A stretch of DNA of 28,302 bases from a virus. Lineage: Duplodnaviria; Caudoviricetes. Below, one piece after another: positions 6,855 to 14,230 of the stretch. How positions within the stretch are numbered: the stretch's first letter is position 1; every line of letters starts with the position of its first letter. The position numbers and the translations under genes were made by a program. The notes under the pieces were generated by a model. It made no database searches and was not told where the DNA came from. It saw only the letters and a list, made by a program, of their open reading frames with translations. Location of the stretch: positions 1 to 28,302 of IMG/VR virus record IMGVR_UViG_3300024254_000024; one strand, written 5' to 3'.

Positions 6855-8798
6855 TTAAGGCCCTATGAAGAACCTGCTGTAGACTTCTCGGACGTTTCCA
6901 GCATTCAGACTCAGACCTGTTAGCGGCGCGGAAGTCGGTACAACACTTCCCACGCTGGTTGTAATACCTACACCGAATGCTACAGCTCCTGGAACGCCAG
7001 GAGACGGACGAGGTCCGGCGAGATTGTTTATAGGAGCCATAAATGCGCAAGACCAGGTAGGAGCTACGATTGTTATATTCGACGCTTGAGTAGCAGTTGC
7101 ATTGCCTGTTGTAGACATCTGGCCCACCATATGCAGACCGACATCAACCGAAGTCGCCCACGGAACAATATTTCCAATCCAGTTACCGACAAAAGACGAA
7201 GACCTATTGCCTATCGCCACATCGGGAACTAGTGTAAACGTCGCATTACCAGCAGAGCTCGCCGATACGCTAGCTGTAACAGTCGACTGAGCTCCCGATC
7301 CCGTATAGAAAATCCAACTTCCTATTGCAGAGAACGTAACCGAGTTTGAGTTTCTGTTGACTGTGACTGCCTCATTAAAAGCATACGATCCTGAAGTACT
7401 GGCTGCCAGAGTATAGCTAGTTGCGTTAGCTCCGGTGTAAAGTGCCTGTGTCTGAGTTGCAGTAAACCCTCCAGAAGCGGTTATTGTGTCGGTAGCCGTG
7501 CCAGCTGTTGTGACTACAACTGAAGCCGCAGTTAAAAGATAGCTGCCGAACATCTGGACTTGGTTAAAGGTAACGGCATGTGGGGCCTGAATAGTCCCCA
7601 GAGCCATAATACCGCCGCCCGTATTACTCGATAGAGACGTACCTGCCATATACGGATCGTAATTCTGCAAAAAGCTACCGGTGTAGGGGGCAGCCCCAAG
7701 AGGAACACTAATAATCAGAGCACCGTCAGCACCTCCTGTCGTAGCGAAGCCGACTGATGCAGCGCCAGCTCCCGACACTATGAAGTTAGACTGGGTCAGC
7801 TGCGAGGATGAAGAAGCCCCTGTTGTGTTCCCTGTTGCTACAGCTCCGATCGATGATGCACCTCCACCAGCAGCCGCTGAGATAACCATTACAGCATCGC
7901 TGCCCGCACCGGTAGTTGTGAACCCTACTGAGACGATGCCTGCGCCGGAGAACTGCTGGTTGGTTATCGACCCTGAGATTGACGAGGTAGCTGCTGTCGT
8001 ATTGCCAATAGCTATACGACCTTGGGATGTTGCACCTGCAGGAGCAGAGGCACTTAGAACTAGAGTAGTTCCTGACCATCCAGCAGATATATTTCCGGTA
8101 GCAGAGACAGCAAAGCCTGCTAGGGCTTTGGTGGTCGAGGACGAGCTGGCAGTAGTATTACCTAGAGCAGTAACGCCTTCACTAGTCTGTGATGTGGCTC
8201 CACTAAAAATTAGGGTGCCTGCAGAGTAACCCATCGACAGGCCGCCGGTAGCTGACCACGTCTGGTTGGTTAGGGAGAGAGTCGAGGTAGAACTCTGCCC
8301 TGTAGTATTGCCAACAACATGGCCGGCAAACGAAGCTGTAGCAGAGATAGTCTGACGAGCGACAAGAGCTAGGTAGTTACCTCCATTAGAGACGACAACA
8401 CACCCGTCCCCCGGGCCCAGAGCTAGTGAGGCCAAACCATTGATAGTGCTGACTGCTGGAGTGATTGTGACAGTGCCTGCGGCTATATTGACTGCCCAGA
8501 AGCCAGTAGTTCCGGGGAAGTAAGTTCCTCCAGAGCTACCGGCCTCAGCTAGGGAGACGGCACACCCTGCTGCATTGGTGTAGACAAAGAACTTACCGGC
8601 GTCCTCTGCATTTATCGTATGTGTCGCTCCGGAGACTGAGGTTACCAGAGCATTGGCGACCTGGAGACCTCCTAGAGTAGCGCCGTCTCCCACGAACCAA
8701 CTAAAAACGCTTGTATCAAAGTACGCTTCGCCCGCAGCTAGGACGATACCTAGCCGAGTTGTGGAAGAGCCCCGGCGGAATTGTTCTACTGTTGCCAT
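6855..8798 (-). CDS. Tail fibre / receptor-binding protein with Mtd-like N-terminal attachment domain; S/T/A/G-rich
   Basis: N-terminal QFRRG...LAAGE..FDT....VGDG.T.GG motif; directly after the tail-tip gene; only 2 Lys in 647 aa; internal repeats. Confidence 0.8.
   Translation of the reverse strand: MATVEQFRRGSSTTRLGIVLAAGEAYFDTSVFSWFVGDGATLGGLQVANALVTSVSGATHTINAEDAGKFFVYTNAAGCAVSLAEAGSSGGTYFPGTTGFWAVNIAAGTVTITPAVSTINGLASLALGPGDGCVVVSNGGNYLALVARQTISATASFAGHVVGNTTGQSSTSTLSLTNQTWSATGGLSMGYSAGTLIFSGATSQTSEGVTALGNTTASSSSTTKALAGFAVSATGNISAGWSGTTLVLSASAPAGATSQGRIAIGNTTAATSSISGSITNQQFSGAGIVSVGFTTTGAGSDAVMVISAAAGGGASSIGAVATGNTTGASSSSQLTQSNFIVSGAGAASVGFATTGGADGALIISVPLGAAPYTGSFLQNYDPYMAGTSLSSNTGGGIMALGTIQAPHAVTFNQVQMFGSYLLTAASVVVTTAGTATDTITASGGFTATQTQALYTGANATSYTLAASTSGSYAFNEAVTVNRNSNSVTFSAIGSWIFYTGSGAQSTVTASVSASSAGNATFTLVPDVAIGNRSSSFVGNWIGNIVPWATSVDVGLHMVGQMSTTGNATATQASNITIVAPTWSCAFMAPINNLAGPRPSPGVPGAVAFGVGITTSVGSVVPTSAPLTGLSLNAGNVREVYSRFFIGP
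7704..8325 (-). repeat. Four tandem 50-58 aa protein repeats (GNTT-SSS...S(A/G)(T/A)G..S.G(Y/W/F)...L(I/V).S)
   Basis: GNTT codons at 8301-8312, 8151-8162, 7995-8006 and 7821-7832 (spacing 150, 156, 174 nt); diverged at DNA level. Confidence 0.85.
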
Positions 8799-8810
8799 CT
8801 GTTGGCCTTA

Positions 8811-11075
8811 CTATAAGTTCAGGTCTATGGGTGCGTACCCAGGAGCGCAATCCGAACTACCACCTGCGTTCAGGTCTAGCGGTACTGATACAAAGTTCTG
8901 CAGATCGGCTGGAAGATGATTCACCAACTGTAAGTACAGTGGATTGTCGATCACCCCAAGGCCTGCACCTGTCGGAGTGTAGTTATAGACAGTACAGGTT
9001 GAGATGTCCTGTACTTCTAGAGCGTAGGTGTTGAACGACTGGAACTTGACGAACAGAGGAACCCCCACCATTGCAGTCTGGAGGGCTTCTGCGAATACGT
9101 TCTGGTCCACGCGGCAGAACTGAGAGCCGGAAGGCTTTGAACAATTGCCCACCGTGCCATACAATCCACGGTATAGTCCAGTGAGATCATACTGATTGGG
9201 GCCCGTAAGAGTGGCCGTGGTGTATCCGAGTAGTTCAAAATCGCCATCATCGCCGTGTGAGACACAGCACAGGCTGAGGCCTGACATAGCATCGAACGTA
9301 GAGACTGACTCCAAGGTCCCTTGGGACTCCGATAGGTCCACCGATAAGGTATGGCCGTTGTCCGGGTTGATGCCCGCGTACGCTCCCAGGGAGGCTGTGG
9401 TAACTCCGTGCCTAGACGGCCCAACCTGTTGACCCAGCTCGACATAGGTGACGCCATCTGTTGAAACGTTGACAATGCAGCCACCCCAATCGGGACTGAA
9501 CACCCCTCCTGGGCCTCCTGAGATACCTACCATAATGACTGGGGAGGAGATACCTTGTGCGGCCATCATCTCTGCAGTGGGCTCGAAGATGATTGGCGTG
9601 TTGACAGCAGGAGGTGTAGCGTTGGTGACTGCAAAGGTTGCTGGAGCGTTCTGCTGAGCCTCGAACTGGATCGAGGCTGCCGATCCAATCGGCCACTCTT
9701 CAGCAATAATAGTCAGAGCGCCTTTGTCATCTTCTTCAATCGAACGTATACGGCATATGTAGCTTGGCAGTCCCATTGAAGGGAGCTTGAGCTCGATGCC
9801 GTCCATGGGATCTAGAATTGCCCATCTGGGATCAAGCTTGAAGGTGACGGTATTGCGGACTGATATGTTGCGTTGCAGTTGAATCTGCGCTGAGACATTA
9901 GCGTAGGCTGCTAAGGTGAACTCGTCAGCAGTAGCCATCTTATCCACACGGCGGCCGTAGAGCTCCACCTGGTTCTCGTCCATGAGCTCGACAGGGACGT
10001 CGTTGAACATGTTGAAGCGATCGCGGAAGTCTATACGTACAACGTTCTTGACGTCTGCAGGATCAACGCGCTCGATAGTTACGGGGTCCTCTCCCTGGCC
10101 TAGTGACAAAAAGTCCTGTTCACCGAAAGAGGCAACTACTGTAGTATCTGGCTGGTAGTATTTTAACGGGATCGCGGTGTAAGGAGCTCCTGCGTAACCT
10201 GGGTTACCACTTGCTTGGAAGTCCCAGTAGGGAATGAACTTGAGCTGGGAGCCATTCCAAACTGGTGCAACTCCGATGTTCTTACACCACCTATCAAGGA
10301 TGCTGCTAGCAGGCTCGCTATTGTTAAGTACAACAGACCAAGCAAGGCCCACAGCCTGGCAGAACGTCGAGACCTTCGAGTCTCCGATAGCCGGGTTGTA
10401 ACCGGCAGCACTTGTACGTAGCGTCTCATTGATGGCAATCGAGTTGAACGGGAAGCCAGCTCCATATACCTCATTTGTGAGGAAGTCAATAATGACTTCC
10501 GCCGGGTCAGCATCGCCCAGGACCTGTACCAGAGTGATAGGTAGGACGGTAAGATTGAGCGGGGAGGTTGCAGCCAGCCATCCACTAGGTACGAAGTTGA
10601 GCTGTGGAATTGTTCCACTGCTGTCCAGTGGGTAATCTTGGAAGCCGAGATAGGCAGTATCTTTATAGGCCAGAGCATCTCCTGGCCATCTTGAAACGAT
10701 GTAGCTCCAAGGCGTCTGCGTCGGAGAGCCGACGAACTGGAAAAACACCTTCCCAGGAGGCATCGTAGTGGGAGTGTAGTTTTGCTGGTCGTCGAAGATG
10801 ACCAGTATCTGTGAGATGATACCTTCACATAGTGCTCCAAGGAAGGTAGCGTAATACTTATATCCGGTTGTCTGTCCCCCTTTGCCCCCTGATGCAATGC
10901 CCTTCCCTCCTGAGGCTTTCTGCGCTACAGCGCGGAATCCGTTAGAGTAGATCAAGTTCATCGGCACCCGAGGGGAGCCGTAGACGATAGGGATAGGCAG
11001 TGCGTTGACAGACGTCTGGATCTGCAGGCCCGTGACCTGCGGTACCGTGATCTTTCTTCCGCCCTTGCTTGCCAT
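8811..11075 (-). CDS. Tail tip / host-specificity protein (lambda J / GTA-like, Phage-tail_3 type)
   Basis: PIPIVYG, ALCEG, DADPAEVI.DFLTN..YGAG, LDPMD, YDLTGLYRGLYGT motifs; position after NlpC/P60. Confidence 0.85.
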   Translation of the reverse strand: MASKGGRKITVPQVTGLQIQTSVNALPIPIVYGSPRVPMNLIYSNGFRAVAQKASGGKGIASGGKGGQTTGYKYYATFLGALCEGIISQILVIFDDQQNYTPTTMPPGKVFFQFVGSPTQTPWSYIVSRWPGDALAYKDTAYLGFQDYPLDSSGTIPQLNFVPSGWLAATSPLNLTVLPITLVQVLGDADPAEVIIDFLTNEVYGAGFPFNSIAINETLRTSAAGYNPAIGDSKVSTFCQAVGLAWSVVLNNSEPASSILDRWCKNIGVAPVWNGSQLKFIPYWDFQASGNPGYAGAPYTAIPLKYYQPDTTVVASFGEQDFLSLGQGEDPVTIERVDPADVKNVVRIDFRDRFNMFNDVPVELMDENQVELYGRRVDKMATADEFTLAAYANVSAQIQLQRNISVRNTVTFKLDPRWAILDPMDGIELKLPSMGLPSYICRIRSIEEDDKGALTIIAEEWPIGSAASIQFEAQQNAPATFAVTNATPPAVNTPIIFEPTAEMMAAQGISSPVIMVGISGGPGGVFSPDWGGCIVNVSTDGVTYVELGQQVGPSRHGVTTASLGAYAGINPDNGHTLSVDLSESQGTLESVSTFDAMSGLSLCCVSHGDDGDFELLGYTTATLTGPNQYDLTGLYRGLYGTVGNCSKPSGSQFCRVDQNVFAEALQTAMVGVPLFVKFQSFNTYALEVQDISTCTVYNYTPTGAGLGVIDNPLYLQLVNHLPADLQNFVSVPLDLNAGGSSDCAPGYAPIDLNL

Positions 11076-11085
11076 CTCGGGTCGA

Positions 11086-11682
11086 CTAGGCTGTGATTTC
11101 TTTCAGGAGGTTCGCGTACTTCAACTCAGCAGAGTGTTTAGCCCGCTCGCGAATGAAGTACTGCGGGAAGCACGAGAAGAACCTAGGAGGTCTTTTATGC
11201 AGCTCTGTGTTCTGCAACCAGTTGTCTTCCCGACAAGGGGCGTTGGGGTTCATCGAAGGGTTAGCGTGTATGAGGTTGGGCCAGTCTGTGATGATAGCTC
11301 CGTGGGCCCAGCAGTGTCCAAACTTGAACAGAGCTGCATCTCCGCGCTTAGGCGCCTCCCCTTCAGGTAGCTCTCGGCCAAACCGTTTAACAAGTTCGAG
11401 ATAGAGCTCAGCGCGTTGGTGCAGTGCCCACTGCGAGGGGTACGGACGTGGGTCGAATCGCTCAATGAGTCCCAAGTCGCAGTACACCCGCACGAGGAGC
11501 ATTCCACAGTCAACACCTGCCCCCTTGACGTCGGCGCAAGGGTGATACGGAGTTCCGAGCCAAGTCTTGGCTTCTTCGACGATTGCATCCCGAAGTCTCT
11601 TCTCTTCTAGGCGCTGATGTGGATCGGGGGCACTTTGGGGAATCCCCGGAAGTTCTGCAGGTTGTTGAACTTCAGTTGGCAT
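11086..11682 (-). CDS. NlpC/P60 cysteine peptidase, tail-associated
   Basis: AKTWLGTPY, GVDCGMLL (catalytic Cys), HGAI (His), LIHA. ATG 11682 has a GAGGA SD and overlaps the upstream gene by 76 nt. Confidence 0.9.
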   Translation of the reverse strand: MPTEVQQPAELPGIPQSAPDPHQRLEEKRLRDAIVEEAKTWLGTPYHPCADVKGAGVDCGMLLVRVYCDLGLIERFDPRPYPSQWALHQRAELYLELVKRFGRELPEGEAPKRGDAALFKFGHCWAHGAIITDWPNLIHANPSMNPNAPCREDNWLQNTELHKRPPRFFSCFPQYFIRERAKHSAELKYANLLKEITA

Positions 11683-12521
11683 GTATCGTTCCTCTTGAGA
11701 CAGCCTGCAGATACATCGAATGTATCTCCTGGGGCAGGCGGATCTGTTAGGGGGTAAGTAAGATAGAACTTGGTAGCGTCGTTGCCTCCGACAATAAACT
11801 GTTCATTGGTTAGGGCTCCGGAGGTGAATAGTAGTCGACCCTGCATGTAGTATGGAGCTGAGTCCGCTCCAACATTAGGTGATACTCCTCCGACAGGTGT
11901 AACAGTAGAACCGTCAGCAGTATCGACAGTGAAAGAGTTAGTAAAAGAAGTACGGTTGACTGTGCATGTGTGGGCATCGTATAGGGTCCATCCGCACATG
12001 GGCTGGAAGGTATTGCGAGGCATTTCAATGTCGAGCAGCTTCAGTGGTGATTTAACTTTAAGCTCGCATGTCGAACTCCCCAATTTGGTAATCTGCGAGA
12101 CCAGACCTGAGAATAGAACTACAACGGCTTGGGGAGGAGCTCGATAATCTACCCAAGGTCTGCCATCACTGATTGCCCAGTAACCCCTTTGGCGAGTGAG
12201 CTTGGCTCCGTCCAGGAGACCTTGTGCAACTCCCTTGAAGAAGTCGGCACCTGCTAGTAGCGCATCGGGGTAGGCAGAAATCTTGACGTCCTGTTCATCA
12301 ACTGCGAATCCCACAGCCTGCTTAAAACGCATCCCTTCTATTAACAGCTCCTGTGAGGTGTATCGGTTACCTGAGCCTCCTCCACCATACACTATGTCAA
12401 TATCCAAGTTCGTGTAGAAGGCAAAGTTGCCATCGCGGAATTCGAAGTAGAACAATTCGGCAATCAGCATCTGCTGATTCTGTCGTAGGAAGTTAACGAA
12501 GCCTGCTGGTACGATCTTCAT
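11607..12521 (-). CDS. DUF2163/BR0599-like baseplate hub (lambda L-like, Fe-S Cys motif), 304 aa
   Basis: C.W.LYD..C and GC.K...TC..KFNN..NFRGFP signature; start ATG 12521 coupled by TAATG. Confidence 0.9.
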   Translation of the reverse strand: MKIVPAGFVNFLRQNQQMLIAELFYFEFRDGNFAFYTNLDIDIVYGGGGSGNRYTSQELLIEGMRFKQAVGFAVDEQDVKISAYPDALLAGADFFKGVAQGLLDGAKLTRQRGYWAISDGRPWVDYRAPPQAVVVLFSGLVSQITKLGSSTCELKVKSPLKLLDIEMPRNTFQPMCGWTLYDAHTCTVNRTSFTNSFTVDTADGSTVTPVGGVSPNVGADSAPYYMQGRLLFTSGALTNEQFIVGGNDATKFYLTYPLTDPPAPGDTFDVSAGCLKRNDTCQLKFNNLQNFRGFPKVPPIHISA

Positions 12522-14230
12522 TAGAAGTACTTCCACACCACAGGGTTGACGAAACCCATTCGCATGCACTGTCCTACAGCTGTCAGACCATCATCTGATA
12601 TGCCGTATACTAGAGCGTCGTCTGTTGCAGTAGAGTCGCTGAACAGTGGTAGCTGCACGGGCACTCCTGACTGCCAGATCACCGGAATGTACCGATCGTT
12701 GCCATCAGTGCACTGTCCGCATATACTGAGGTTGTCGAAACTGATTCCGTGCGCTTCAGCGACAAGACCGTCAGACCCATCTATGAACGGTAGGCTAGTA
12801 AGAGTGGTACCTACCCAGTAGCATGCGTGACGAGCACCTCCAGCGTCGACGCGAGATCCGACTATAGTAGTACCATCGGCAGAGATAGCTTCTGCAGATG
12901 ACTGGGTATCCCCAGCAACGATATCTAAGAGGGTCTCTGTGGCGCCTCCTATGGACCACTTAACAGCTCGCTGTACCCCTCCAGATGTATCTAGGCCGCA
13001 GATCGTGTCGTTATCGTCAGCGATCCCAGAGGCAGAAGAAGGTTGGTTGGGAGTTATCTGGGGCAGGAGGTTGTAGGTAGCATCTAGAGCGTTAGTCCAC
13101 CAAGCAGCACGAGGCTGGTTAGCATTAGCTGCGAGCTCGACGAAGCCTGTTCCTATAGATCCGTCATCGCTGATGCTCATGTTAATAGCATCAGAGGTGG
13201 TTATATCACTACCCTGCATGGGGTTCGGGATCTGTGAAGCCCATACGCAGGGGGTGATAGAATTGGTGTCAGGGTCCAAGAACCATCCTGTCCAGTTAGC
13301 TCCATCATCGTCTGCAGCAGTCACTCCCCACACAACGGCTGTGTGGAGACTGGCGTTAATAGGTGCCTGTGTGTTATAGCCTGCTAAGTTTCGGGTGTCC
13401 CAGAATATACCGTTAGCTCTTACGCCTGTAGAGTCATAGCCTATCCCAACTGCGTAGATCCCGTTCCTGCTGACAACTCTGCCATTGACGAAGTTCTGCA
13501 GGTAGGCAAAGGTATGAGCAGCTGGCATATTCAGCTCGTAGATACGCCAGTGAGGACCTGGTGGAGGTGCGGGCGGTCCCTGAGCTCCTCTGAATCCGAG
13601 ATTTACTGTCCTGAACTTAAGGATAGTCATGTGCCAATCCTTGAAGAACTCATCAAAGTCCGGGACGTCTTCAAGGAACCGACACAGGTACTGGAACGTG
13701 AAGTCTGCCTGGATAACATCCCCGTTAGGTACTGCATTGTCAAAGACTAGACTACGACCGTCCGAGGCCAGTGTGAATCCTGTTGTAGGGGTACCGTTGA
13801 CTCTAACAACCAGTCCTGATGATAGAGCCCTACCGACAGGTTCTTCTATCAGCTTGGTACCTGTACCCCAGTCTCTTATGATAGGGAAGGTAGTGTCCGT
13901 ACCGTTACCTACTCCGATCCCTTGATTCGTGCGCGTACAGTCCGAAGGATCCTGGTAGTAGAACCTACCGCCCTGTCCCTGAGACATCAGGAAGACTAGG
14001 AGGATCTGTTCATAGGCTAGACGGGCTCGGTGTTGGTAGTCCGTGTTCAGAACCTGGTTCTCAGTTTCGGAAGGGAGCGAGTGGAACTCGAGCTCGAACT
14101 CCCAAACTGGGAACGCTTGCTGGCCGAAAGAAAGCTCACGCCCGTTGACCGCCTGGAAGATTGCAGTAGCGAACGTCGGCTTCTTACGGACCGAGAACCC
14201 TTCTAGGTTTGCCAGAACTGGATACGTCAT
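12521..14230 (-). CDS. Distal tail protein (DUF2460-like) paralogue 2 with C-terminal HAF-like beta-propeller repeats
   Basis: K.PTF.T.....GRE......P.WEFEL, F.Y.DP.D, GNGT.T.F, CRF N-terminal domain; Pro linker; repeated A..IS.DG..I.G...A..W units. Confidence 0.8.
   Translation of the reverse strand: MTYPVLANLEGFSVRKKPTFATAIFQAVNGRELSFGQQAFPVWEFELEFHSLPSETENQVLNTDYQHRARLAYEQILLVFLMSQGQGGRFYYQDPSDCTRTNQGIGVGNGTDTTFPIIRDWGTGTKLIEEPVGRALSSGLVVRVNGTPTTGFTLASDGRSLVFDNAVPNGDVIQADFTFQYLCRFLEDVPDFDEFFKDWHMTILKFRTVNLGFRGAQGPPAPPPGPHWRIYELNMPAAHTFAYLQNFVNGRVVSRNGIYAVGIGYDSTGVRANGIFWDTRNLAGYNTQAPINASLHTAVVWGVTAADDDGANWTGWFLDPDTNSITPCVWASQIPNPMQGSDITTSDAINMSISDDGSIGTGFVELAANANQPRAAWWTNALDATYNLLPQITPNQPSSASGIADDNDTICGLDTSGGVQRAVKWSIGGATETLLDIVAGDTQSSAEAISADGTTIVGSRVDAGGARHACYWVGTTLTSLPFIDGSDGLVAEAHGISFDNLSICGQCTDGNDRYIPVIWQSGVPVQLPLFSDSTATDDALVYGISDDGLTAVGQCMRMGFVNPVVWKYF

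Noticed and set aside
6838-7050. Longer start for the glycosyltransferase
   Set aside because: Lies within the fibre gene; ATG 6837 has a clear AGGAG SD.
6855-8798. Diversity-generating retroelement suggested by the Mtd-like N-terminus
   Set aside because: No reverse transcriptase and no TR/VR duplicate of the fibre 3' end seen in the window; the N-terminal motif is only an attachment domain.
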